A stretch of DNA of 64,000 bases from the human T2T-CHM13v2.0 reference genome, Homo sapiens: assembly GCF_009914755.1 (NCBI RefSeq), contig NC_060932.1; one strand, given 5' to 3'. Below are positions 13,016 through 26,416 of the stretch, piece after piece (the stretch's first letter is position 1; each line of letters opens with the position of its first letter). A program made the translations under genes and the position numbers. Under the pieces are notes generated by a model that had not been told where the DNA came from, ran no database searches, and saw only the letters and a program-made list of their open reading frames with translations.

Positions 13016-13769
13016 GTAGCACATCCTCTTCTCTCCCACAAGGCCCAGGTTCCTGCCTGGCCTGTGGAGCCAGCCTCTCACCTCAGGGAGGCCTCAGCTC
13101 CCTGTTGCTCCACCCCCACCAAGTCCTCGGGCTGCTTTTCCTCTTCCAAATTCAGAAATGAAAATTGTTAATTCCCTTCTATGGAGGCTCAATCCCCCCC
13201 ACCGAGAACCAAGATGCCATCCCTCAGTCCCTCTGTCCTCGGAGCACTCTCAGGCCAGCTGCTCTTCCATCTTCCTCTGTATCATGTACAGGGCACCTGA
13301 GCTCCCTCCTGCCTCTTGCATATCAGCACAGAACCCCGCCACCCCCACCAACATGCAGCCTCTCCTGATTGCACATCCCCAGCCGGGACCTGAGCCATCT
13401 CCCACTTCCCCTCTTTCTTCCTCTCCTTCCCTCCACAACAGGGTTCTGGGAAACATCATTGACATCACCCCCTCCCCTTCCTCATCTCTCCCCATCTGCT
13501 TGACTCATAGCCACCTGTCTTCCAGCTCTCCATCCTCCCCATGTTTTCCTCGTGAGGTCCCTGGTGAGGAAACACTGACAAATCCCTGTCCCTCAGCACC
13601 CACTCGGGTCCCTGCAGCACGGCAGGCACTTCATAAAAGTTGAAGGAATGCAGAACTTTGAAAACTGTCAACAGCCGTTTCCATGGAGAAACCTCTCTTT
13701 CGCCAGTGCTAGTACAGGACCTGGTTGATTTTCCTGGAGGACGCATCCTAGACAACACATATGTGGGAG

Positions 13770-13930
13770 CTGTCCCAAGCCTTGTAGGAATCTGAGCAGC
13801 CTCCCTGGCCCCCACCCACTTGATGGCAGTAGCAACCCCTCACTCAGTTGTGACAAGAAAATTGCCTCCAGATACTACCCAAGGTTCGCTGGGGGGTGGG
13901 GGTGAAATTTCTCTTAGTTGAGAACCACTG
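13770..13930. mobile_element. MER20 (hAT-Charlie) fragment
   Basis: agcagcctccctggcc...ccacttgatggcagtagca...gttgtgacaa...ctccaga...gttgagaaccactg, including the terminal repeat. Confidence 0.75.
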
Positions 13931-14152
13931 ATCTATCCTAGACTTACATCCTATCAAAATAAAGTTTAGCTTACTTTTTCATAGTGTTTCTCAGATTCAA
14001 TAAAGCACTTACACTTAGGATCTCATTTGACATAAGAGTCTAAGATTTAATAAAAATACATATCTTTTGAGAGCTTAACACAAGCTCACCACAACTCTTT
14101 TCACATATTGCCTAATTTCTTCCTCACGAGAATCTATAAAGAAGGTATTAAA

Positions 14153-14250
14153 GGCGTGAACCCGGGAGGCAGAGCTTGCAGTGAGCCAAGATCATGCCAC
14201 TGCACTCCAGCCTAGGCGACAGAGCGAGACTCCATCTCAAAAAAAAAAAA
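14153..14250 (+). mobile_element. 5'-truncated AluY-like fragment with A tail and TSD
   Basis: ggcgtgaacccgggaggcagagcttgcagtgagcc (AluY diagnostics). AAGGTATT occurs at 14142-14149 and 14251-14258. Confidence 0.88.
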
Positions 14251-14725
14251 AAGGTATTTTGATCCTCGTGCTATAACCCAGGCTCTGAGGGGTTAACTCC
14301 ATGCCATCTGGCTACTAAGTGGCAGAGGGAGACACACCTGGGACCTGCTCTCCTGGGCTCTTCTCTTAATCACCAGCTGACTGCACCTTAACTGCAGAGC
14401 CAGCCGTGGGGGAGCCCAATCCTGCCCTGGGGGCTGGGGGCTGCCTCAGGAATGTACATGATATTGACTTCCCTGCTGGAGGAGGTGGACCCTGCCTGGC
14501 CAGACAGACAGGAAGGGAAGTGGGGAGGCGTCTGAGTTCCTGGTTCTCAGACTTGCAGATCCGCAGGGACTTTGTTTGGCTGTAGGACCTGCGAGCAAGA
14601 TTCTGATTCTCAGTTTACATCTCCAGGCTGGGAGATGACAGCCCAGTTGTTCAAAGTCATTCTCTGAGTTGGGATTTCACCCAGGATCACATCCAGGTAG
14701 TAGGAACAGGGCCCATCACTCATAG

Positions 14726-15234
<509 letters not shown>

Positions 15235-17336
15235 ATTTTCTCCTTATTTTCTTAATGAATCCAATTATGCTATTTTTTTTCCCTGAACACACTTTCTTCT
15301 TATACCTTTGAAATATACACAGACAAGTGTATCATAAGAAAAAGTACAGATTTATCTGTTAATGACTTTTTATTCCCCTGATTATAATAACTTTTGCTTA
15401 GGTTATACACACACATATGTGGGTATATGTGCATGTGTGTGTGTATATATATGTATATACCTACACGTGTGTTTATATATGTACCCATATGTACCTATAT
15501 ATACATACATATGTGTATCAGTCATTTTAATCAGGGAGAAAAAAGATCATTAACAGAAAACATCTAAAGAAAGGAAATAGCTGAATCCAATCTTTTCCAC
15601 AAATAATATAGCAGATATGAGATGGCAGTGGAAGGGTAAATGGTGTGTAATTAGAGGACCTGAGTTTGAGGCCAGCCTCTGCTTCTTCTGACCTGTGAGG
15701 TGTTGAACAAATCACTGTCCCATTTTGAGTCTCAAATGTTGTACCAGCTAAGTGAAAAGTGTAATACCTGCCTTGCTCGTTTCTGTTATTGTCATGAGAA
15801 ATAAATTAGATAAGGTGCGTCAATGCCCTTTACATATTAAAAAGGTGAGAAAAAATGTAAATATTAAAAGTGACAACTTTTCTTTATGAACAAAATTAAC
15901 TTGCAAACTAAAGTTTTATGTATATGTGTTTAAACTTCAAAGCTTTAGAAATTAAAAGTATAATATCCTTTCTTGAAATGAAAGAGCTTTGCCAATTTGA
16001 TTTTGTTTTGGGTGCTTTGCCATTAAAAAAAATGTGGAAATTCCTCCTCAGAGCAACTCTCAGAGAACAGGAAGGAGCCAAATCCGTGACCGGAATCGGG
16101 GTCCCATGCTGTGTTCCACAGAGCATTGCCTGAATTCGGCCGCTTTGCTCTTTGATGCAAGTGCTTCCTTAGAAGGTTAGCAGAGTGGTCCTTGGTTAGA
16201 CCCTTCCATTAGATTTGTGTAACTTTTGCTTTCTTTATTTTGTTCCTTCTCTTTTGCATTTTTTTCTTAAAGTTCCATGTGATTTTTTTCTGCTTACAAG
16301 TGGAATAGGTGGTGAATTGGACATATTAGGCAAAGAAGTGAGGGGGAGTGAAGGAGGAAACAGGGTGTAGACTCTGCTCATCCCTGTGCACCCCCCACAT
16401 GAGCATGGGGCCAGGTGATTCATAATAACATCCTCCAGCACCTGGCTGTGTGTGGAGAGAGAACAACCTCATTGTCTGGGAAAATGACTCTCTCAAGAGT
16501 TGGCTGACAGCGATTATTGTCTTTGTTTCATGAAAACGAGACTCAGAGAGGAAGTGACTTGTCTCATTTCTTCTTCTGTAGAATCGCTCTTGGAATGCAG
16601 ACACTGTGAGCCACGGATGAAATGACATTAGGGTCTGACACAGTGCCTGGTGTGTGGCTGGCACTCAGAGAATGTTCATTGAATTAAAAAAACAAAAAGG
16701 ATCACACACATGCAGAAACCCCTACTCTATGAGCTGGCGTTCAAAGCCAGTCTTTGCCAGACTAGCATCTGAAAGAACATTTTCACTCCTTACGGGCTGT
16801 TGACTCATTCATTCAGCAAATATTTCCTCATTCCCTACTCTGGGCAGGGCTTAGTTGGGTGCCGAGACTGTAGCAGAAACCAAGACTCAGTTCCTTTCTA
16901 GGACTTCTCATTGAGCAGGGGAGATAAGACTATTGCACAATTGATCAGCTAACTTCAAATTTAACACATTCTGTACAGAAGTACAAATTGGGAGGAGGGT
17001 AGGTAAGGGGAAGGCCTGACTTTGGGGATTCAAGGAAGGCATCTAGAGAGCATAATGGGTGAGCATGCTTTGCAGGATGAGCAGGGCACGTGTCCCAGGT
17101 AGAGGAAGAACATGAACTAAGGCCTCCCAGTGGGAGGAGGATGCCTGGGAGGACCTAGAACAGAGACAGGAGGTAGACAGGGAGGCCTGGAGGATGAGCC
17201 AGGAGGCCACAAAGGCAGGACAGGGCTGGGTCACACAGGGACCTTCCTCTTCCTGGCCTTTTAGTTTACTAAGAACACTGGAGGCAATTAAATATTAACA
17301 GTTTAAAGATGGAAGAGAGGTCGCATAACACAATAT

Positions 17337-17878
17337 TGTCAGAGGCGTGTGAACCAGAGCAACTCCATCTTAAACAGGAGCTGGGTAAAATGAGGCTGAA
17401 ACTTACTGGGCTGCATTCCCAGATGGTTAAGGCATTCTAAGTCACAGGATGAGGTAGGAGGTCAGCACAAAATACAGGTCATAAAGACCTTGCTGATAAA
17501 ACAGCTTGCAGTAAAGGAGCCGGCCAAAACCCACCAAAACCAAAATGGCCATGAGAGTGATCTCTGGTCGTTCTCACTGCTACACTCCCATCAGCGCCAT
17601 GACAGTTTATAAATGCCATGGCAACGTCAGGAAGTTACCCTATATAGTCCAAAAAGGGGAGGCATGAATAATCCACCCCTTGTTTAGCATATCATCAAAA
17701 AATAACCATAAAAATGGGCAGTCAGCAGCCCTTGGGGCTGCTCTGTCTCTGGAGTGGCCATTCTTTCATTTTTTTACTTTCTTAATAAACTTGCTTTCAC
17801 TTTGCTCCGTGGACTCGCCCTGAATGCTTTCTTGCACGAGATCCAAGAACCCTCTCTTGGGGTCAGGATTGGGTAACA
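17337..17878 (+). mobile_element. MER41A-type ERV1 solo LTR
   Basis: Starts TGTCAGAGGCGTGTGAACCAGAGCAACTCCATCTT and ends GGTAACA. AATAAA at 17784-17789. Near-TSD atat/atgt. Reads ggggagg-catgaataatcc, so it lacks the tandem GAS block of MER41B. Confidence 0.88.
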
Positions 17879-18534
17879 ATGTCATTTTTGTTTTCAAAAG
17901 ATTTGTCTGCCTGTAATAAGAAGAATAGAGCATTCATTTTGGTATCATCTTTAGCCCCTGACTGGAGGCCCAATAAGTGTCAGGAACTGGACAAATCTTT
18001 ACATCATATCCTATCAATAATGTAGCAAGGCAGGAACGTTCACTCTGGATTGAAAACATGAGAAACTCGAGGCACAAGGGCATTCAGTAATGTGTAAAGC
18101 CAAGTACCCAGTCAACAGTGATACTCAGTCTCAACTGACCAAAGCCACTCCGAGATTCTGGTGAAGCCACGCCTGCCATGAATGCAGTGTCAGGTCCTTA
18201 GTAGGTGCTATGCACTACTAAACCATACCCGTTTGTTATTTCATGAATGGACAGAAAAACACATGTATGAATGAATGATTAATGCCAAATGTGTATGGAG
18301 AGATAGGTGTAGAAGGATCAGAGAACCAATGAAGTCAATGATAATAGATTGGCTAAAACACAGGTCGAATTCCCTGGTCCAGTGGTTCAGCTGCTTCATC
18401 GCAGGGCAACCTTACAAGGCACTGAGAAGGTTAAAGCCCGGCTCGGTGCCAAGTATGAAACAGGCTGCTGGGCCCCTTTCTTGCCCTTTCCCATGACACC
18501 CTGGGCAGGTCTGGAAAGAGAAGTGGCCACTCAC

Positions 18535-18646
18535 TCAGTACTTTGCACCACAGGGAAGGATCCCATCCGTACATAGGAACTCTGAGCTCCATTCTCTCTC
18601 TTCCCCAAGATTTCCTTCACACTGAACAAATCCATCAGGTCAAAAC
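18535..18646 (-). CDS. COL22A1: COL22A1 coding exon (probably exon 5), start of TSPN domain, 112 nt, phase 1-2
   Basis: Acceptor ttctctttgtacag|GT and donor ACTGA|gtgagt. Encodes (G)FDLMDLFSVKEILGKRENGAQSSYVRMGSFPVVQST(E); GFDL is the usual start of a collagen TSPN domain. Confidence 0.95.
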
Positions 18647-21472
18647 CTGTACAAAGAGAAGAGCTGGGAGTGAGTTTGGAGAAGGAAGAGTATAAGAGAC
18701 AAAGGAAAATCACATCCGCTGTCTGCAAAGGCAGCCTGCCCATCCTGCCCCAGGAGAACAGATCGGGAGGGAATTGTTCAAATACATATTCAGGGAGAAA
18801 ACACAAGCACCCGAGTAATGGGACGTATAGCCTTGGCTTCAACTCCAGGAAAAAGGTGCAGGAGAACACAGACAACTGGCTTTCTCAAGAAAATGTGTGT
18901 GCATGTGGTTAAGCGTGAGACAAATGGAGGGTGTCCTGGTTGTGTGAGGGCCGCAGGGTCTTGGTGTTCACGAAACCCAGATGTGTGCTCTTCGCTCTTG
19001 CAGGCTGGCTCTGCAGGCGAACGGCCACTCACGGCTTTCCTTCCCGCAGCCGTATGTTTGCCTTGCATCTGGACTTTACGTGGGTAACAGTTTGGCAGCT
19101 TTTAAGTTTCCTGATTTTTAAAGAGAGAAACATCAGAGAGGAATAAACTGTCTTCATGGTACTGCATTATTTGAAATGATTTTGTTTTGTTTTGCTTTGT
19201 TTTTCCTTAGTTCAGTTTAATTTCCCTCTAAGAGAGGACCTTATACGCATTGTCAATGTAAAGTAACAGAAAAATCAGGGGCTTTGGACTTGGGTGAGGG
19301 TCAAGGGTAAGGACGGGGGTTTGATCCTGAGCGGCCATGTGTATGTGACACTGGGCAAGCTACATGACCCACAGGAGTCTCGGGTACTTCACTGTGGAAG
19401 GACAGCAATGATGCCTACTGGGTAGGGCTCTGTGATAATTGTGTAAGACCCTAAATATGCGTCACTCGGCATATGGTGAGAAATTCACAGAGTGGGTTTC
19501 TTTTTACAAGTTATTCCCCACAACCACCAGCACACGCTGTCCACATTCCCCCACAATGGGATGCTTTCTGCAGACCAGGTTCTCAGAGGGGCCTGAGGAC
19601 AACACTCGTTCTGGAGGCTAACAGTGTGACTCAACACCCGCCTGAAACTGTCTCTCTCAGACACTGGGGAAAGCTCTCAGCAGGTTACAGGGAAGCCGGC
19701 TGAAGGCAGGCACCAGGCTGAACTCACCTGTGCCCCCCCAGGGATAATATACTTCTCGGTATTCACACCTAACCCATGAGATTTTAGGAAGAGTTCCTCA
19801 TTGTTTCCAATACTCTAAGGCACTACTGAAAAAAGAGAAAAAGAAAAAAAAAAAAACAGGAAATGGACTTGTAGGACTAACATAATGATTAAAGCCTCTT
19901 AGCCTCTTTTACCACTAAATTCTGCCCAAAGAGATTATTTATTCATTCATGCTTTTGAGAGCCAGGGCCACGCCAAGCATTGTGTAAGAAATGTCAGGGA
20001 GGGAAGCAGGTAGTCCTGACATAAAGTTTGAGTATTAGAACCGGACAGATCTGGGTGGTGATCCTAATCACTATGTCTTTGCTGGGTGACCTTAGGCAGG
20101 TTGCCTGACATCTCTGAGCACTGGCTTTTTTCATCTGTAAAAAGGGGATTATTTTCGAATGTACGTCGTTGCTGTGAGACTTAAATGATACAAAGTTCTT
20201 CATACAGTACCTGACATACAGTAGATCACCAACAAAGCACTTTTTATATTTACTGTTTTCTCATCACAATTACAGCATCCTCTAATGCTAAATTCTGTCC
20301 ATAGATGTCATGTATTTATTCAGTAGATGTTTTTGAGAGCTTCCAATATGCCAAGCCCTGTGAGCTCCAGGGTTGGAGCAGGCACCAACACAAAATCCTG
20401 GCTCCAGGAGAACTGGAACTTGTGGGGACCCCAGAAATAAGGAAATGCACAGTGCAAGTGTGCAGTACAATTCCAGGCATGAAGAGTCAGTGAGCAGGGG
20501 CGGCACTGGAGAGGAACAGAGCTGGGGCGACAGGGAAGGCGCTCCGGGAGGAAGCTACCAGGTAGAGGCCTGCTCTGGCCTGCGATGGTCTGGGAAGGGG
20601 GTTCTGAGCAGGGCAAGGTTGCTCTGGGATTGAAACCCTGCACTTTTTGGATTGGACCGTTCCCTGCCCTTTGCCATCCTGAGGTTGTCAAGTTCTTGGA
20701 AAATGACTAAGAGCTGCCATTATGTCATTTTTAAATAGCATTTCACACACAGGCTATTTAATGGAATTCATGATATAATTGTTAAATGATATTGGGCCCT
20801 AAAGATGCGAACAGTATTCAGAAGCTTCATTATAGATGGAAAAAGCACCCCTCCAAACCGTGCTTGTTTACACACACTAGTGTGAGTGATTCAGCATCTC
20901 TGGAGACGGTTGGTTTGTGGGAGGGAACAGGCACCCACAGTCCCACAACTGAGGTCCCCTGTGGTGCATGGGTTGATCCAGCTGAGAGGCTGCCACTAGG
21001 CACAGGCTGAGTGAGGCCAGCTTTCCTGACCCGCCAGCTGCTTGAAGACAGGGCCCAGCTTGCTGAGTTCGCCACCCTATCCCCCTCAGGACCTGCAGGG
21101 CTGAACCACAGTGCAGATTTGTCAAACTGAACATAGGGCCTCACTCTGAGCTGTAACGCAGCCTTGGTCCCTGGTAGAGACTGTGTGGGGGAGAGAACAC
21201 CCAGCACGTGGACCAGATACCCAGATACTCCTGAGTGAAGTCCTACAAATGAGCTGTGTGGCCTTGAGTACGAGCCTCAACCTCTCTGGGCTTATTTCTT
21301 CTGCAGTTTTGTAAAATTGGGATAATAATAACAGAGTGTAGTAGACAAGTAAGGGCTATGATAACAATTTACATGCAAATCCCTGTTCCCACACTTTCTC
21401 TCCCTGCCAGCTCTCAGGTAATTTACTCAACCTCTCTGGACCTCATGTCTTCATCCACCAAATGGGACATTA

Positions 21473-21830
<358 letters not shown>

Positions 21831-22409
21831 GACCAGTCATCAGGCCTGGACAGGACAATGGCCCTGCACAGTGTCTGCCTGTCTGCCAGTGGCAATACAT
21901 TCTGACTCTACTATTAGACATTCACGTCTTGGAAAATCACTTTGAGTTTTAAATGAGAAAATGTAGGAACATGCCTGAAACACAACAGTTGCTCACTAAA
22001 TGCTGGATGCTCTAATGGGTCCCTCACCTTGAATGAGAACATGATCACTCCTCTAAACCCTCACAAACTCTAGATAAACATGTGGCATGGACAGGTGGGT
22101 GGGTCTCCCTGACACCAATATCCTGTGATCCTGGCTGAGTCATTTTCTTTCTATCAGTCTTATCTGTAAACTGGGATAATGGGTACAATTTGATCATCTT
22201 TTGTGTTTTTAGCACCAAAAACTGTTGATCATATTTCCCCCAATTCTTGCCATGGCTGGGAAGAGTCCCAGTCAAACTGCATTTTTTACATAACAGTTAA
22301 TTTGAATGTGCAATTGTACGCAGTGAAGAATCCCTCCGTTCAGTATGCTGGGAGATGGGAGTTAACAGAACAGCCGCTGTTCCTACTCAAAGCCATGGGG
22401 TTAATCCCG

Positions 22410-22493
22410 GGTAAAGGTACGATGCACACTGGGCATCTATTATGTTTAACGCAGCCCAAGGCACTCTGCTCCCACACAGAGTTCCAGCTGGGA
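22410..22493 (+). repeat. 84-bp dispersed direct repeat, copy 1
   Basis: 79/84 identical to 25009-25092, ungapped. Confidence 0.95.
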
Positions 22494-25008
22494 CAGTGAG
22501 GAAGTTATCCGGTTTTGTTGAGCCTGTTTCCGTAACTGGAAAAATGGAGAGAATGATTTATTGCAGGGGTGTCATGAGACCTAAGTGTGATGATGGGATT
22601 AAATACCTGGGGGGAAGCCAGCACCCAGGAGTTACTCGGTCAACCCCACTGTCCCTGCCTGGGGACCACAGTGGGAACCTGTTGACCCAAGTGAAGCTTG
22701 GTCCCCTGGCAATAGCTCTGCCACCACCCCAGAGCCCCACCTCTTTCACTCTGGTTATAAGGACCAGGCCTCCAGAGTGCATGACTGGGAGCAGCCGCCA
22801 CACCTACCGGAGAGGGAGTCCTGGGGAGTCCCCGAGAGATCCCAAGTTGGACGAGGCCAGTCACCCAGACATTGGGAGACATTCACCAAATGCATGCTGG
22901 GAGCACTCCCTGTCCCTCATCTCTCCCCTGCACTGCTGTTGACAAAGCCCCCAGCCCACCTGAACAGGACCTCAATGCCCCAGAGGCTGCAGTCTCAGCA
23001 TCGCCTGGGGACAGAAGCATGGAGAGTCCCCACAGCTCTGGGCTCCCAGGCAGGCCCAGTGAGGAGCAGCTGTTGGAACTGACTGGGCCCCATACAACAA
23101 GGGGCCTTTGACAACCCACCGGGCTGCCCCTGTATTGGGGCCTCTGTGTCTGGAAGTGTCCTGGGGCCTGAGGAGCCCCAGCAGTGGGAGGGGCTGGTGC
23201 CTCTGAATGGGGGAGCTTGGCCATGAAGACCTGGAGGGCCCTGCGGTTCCAGGGTTCCATGAAACTGGTGCCTAAAGTGTACAGTCTGCTTAGGATTAGA
23301 TGTTGTCCCAGAGAAAGGCAGAATAGGTGAGAACAGGTTTTGAGACCAGCCCATTCTAGGTTCAAAACCTGGCCCAGCCCTGGCCAGAGGTGGGACGTGT
23401 CCTGGTGGCCTCCTCCTCAGTGATGTAGGGGTGAGGACGTGCCTTGCAGGGTTGTCACCTTGAGGAGGGGCACAGACAGCACCTGGGAGTTCTTGAGGTG
23501 GGAGCTGGGGGAGGGGGTCGCTGCTGAAGAAAAGCAGCAGCCAGTGTAATTGAGGCAGCAGAAGCAGTGGCGTGGAGGGAAAGAGAGCACCGCAGCCGGC
23601 CACACCTGGGTTCCTGTCCCTGTTCTCAGACTCAGCAGTTCCACGGCTTTGGGGCAATTTCTCAGCCCCTTAAGCCCCCATTTGTCATCTGTGCAAAGGG
23701 GATAGGCAGCCACTTCTCAGGGCCACCTGAGGAATCTCACAGAGGTGGGGTCCCTGGAGGCTCATGGGGAGTGAGGGCTCTTACTCAGAGGAGGCTCACA
23801 GGTGGCCTCAGCAGCCCCTCACACACTCACTGAGGGATGAGGGGGAGTGAGGAGAGCCTAAGAGCTGGTCCAGAATCTGGGCGGACACGTGCCTACCCTG
23901 GGAAAAGTCAGGGCCGGGAACTGCAAAGTGGGCCGATCCTCTACTTCACAGCACCATCAAACACCACTAAAAATGGACACCTTCATCTGCTTTTCCCTTC
24001 AGCAGTCATATTGGAGAGAATATATGAAATAGACTTGTTTTCAAAAAGCAAGCCTATGCTCTACTTTCTGGTTCCACTTTTATTGGTTTCAGTGAACAAA
24101 AACAAAGAGTTGAATACAACAAAACTTGGAACAACAAGGAATTAACTAGGTGGCAGCAAAGGGCACCAAAAAAAAAAAAAAAAAGATAAATTGCCCAAAA
24201 TAAATAAGGGCTGGGAAGGAGAATAAAAAATGTTCCCGAGGAAAGCAGGCTGTGATGCAAGGCACTGTGAGATAAAAAAAAAGCAATTGTTTTATGCAAA
24301 AAATAGAGGGAGCACCTCACTGAAGCCAGGGAAGCCGCTGGACCACGTGGTGTCAGAAGACCTTAGTGATGGCCCAGGTCACTGGCTGCACCTGCTGTGC
24401 CAGGTACCTACTGTGTGCTCCTCACCTCATCCAGCAAAGGTCGACCTGGATGGAACTTTGCTGCTGCCCTCCCCCACCCCCTTAGCTGCCTTAGTTCCTC
24501 TTGGAGTTTCCATGGGTCTGGGTAAGATGCAGGCAGCTTATGTTTATGGGGCTGCCTCCTCCAGTAGATGGAGAGCTCTTTCAGGAAAGGGATGATTTGA
24601 TCTGTTTCTCCATCCTTAAAATGCCTGCTGCTTTTGCTGTTCCTATTCAAGCATTTGAGGGTCATTTGTGGAAGGAGAGAAGAAGAGAATGAAGGAATTC
24701 ATGACCCACTATAAAGGGCCTCCTATGTGTTAGATGCTGCGTGGGCTGCTCAGGTTGCCATCATGAACAAGCATCTGGGCTACTGTGGGATGTCAGGACC
24801 CACGGCGAGGGTACACTGGCTGGGAATAGGGTGGGCTGGTGCCGGTCAGGCTGGGCTTTTGTCGGCTCCATCGGCGAGTTTGGGTTTCTTTCTTCAGGCA
24901 ATGAGGAGCCACAGAGGGCTTTAAAGTGAGGGAGAAATACCATCTGGTTTCTATTTTCCAAGGTCATTCTGGCAGCAGGGCATGGAGGGGCAAGACCAGC
25001 CAGAAGTA

Positions 25009-25092
25009 GGTAAAGGTACAATGCACACTGGGCATTTGCAATGTTTAACGCAGCCCAAGGCACTCTGCTCCCACACAGAGTTCCAGCTGGGA
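25009..25092 (+). repeat. 84-bp dispersed direct repeat, copy 2, inside an L2-like relic
   Basis: 79/84 identical to 22410-22493. Flanks resemble L2 (aaggtcattctggc...caggacttggtgatt). Confidence 0.95.
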
Positions 25093-25566
25093 ACTGGAGG
25101 GCAGAGATGAGGTGAGTGAGATGAGGGCAGGTGAGGAGGGAGGGATGGAAGAAGCAGTTGAATTGGAGGGCGGTTTAGAAGGTATCATGGGCAGGACTTG
25201 GTGATTATCTGGATGGGGGGCCCAAGTGGGAAGAGAGAGACATCCAGGATGTCTGTGGCCAAATTTGAGACCTGCACATGCCTAACATATGCTTTAAGCA
25301 TTAAGTAGCTAAACTTCTAGAAAAGTTGCCTAACGCTTTTATTGGCTAGAATTTGTAGAACATTTGGTTTTTAGAGCTGAGAGGGACTCTTGAAGACACT
25401 CTGTAGGATCCACTGTTATATAGGTGAGGAAACTGAGGCTCAGAGAAGTCAAAAGATTGACCCAAGGTTGGCTGGCTGGTGAGCAGCAGGGCCATCTAAG
25501 ACCTATGCCTCCAATCTCCTGCGTCTATTCTCATCCTCGTGCTCCCAGACCCAGCCCAGATATGCC

Positions 25567-25576
25567 CTAAAAATAG
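25567..25576 (+). promoter_or_regulatory. Perfect MEF2 consensus site
   Basis: CTAAAAATAG; motif match only. Confidence 0.35.
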
Positions 25577-25993
25577 CCAGAGTCATTTATGGGAAAGCCT
25601 GGAGGTGAGGCTTTTGGGGACTGCATTTTTTCCAGAATACATAAGCTGTCCCTATTACCCAATGGCATTTAAATTGGCAAATTTGAGGCTCCATCTCTCC
25701 ACAACTCCCTCTTCAGCCTGAACATGGCTGGAGCGGTTTTTCGGGGCTGGTTATAATTAGAGGAGACGGTAGATAAAGCAGGTTCTCTGTGCATTCAGAA
25801 CTGCACAAACAGTATTTGCTCTTCAGACTGAAGGATGCCCAGCTGACATTGTGATTTCTTTTCCAGGGAGACTCCAAAGAGGGAGGGGAGGCTTCAGGAC
25901 TCCTCTGGCTGTGGACTGACACAGGAGGGCCCATAATAGAGGGTCCCGGTCACCAAACAGACTCTTTGAAAGGATCCTCCACATATGTCGTAG

Positions 25994-26416
<423 letters not shown>

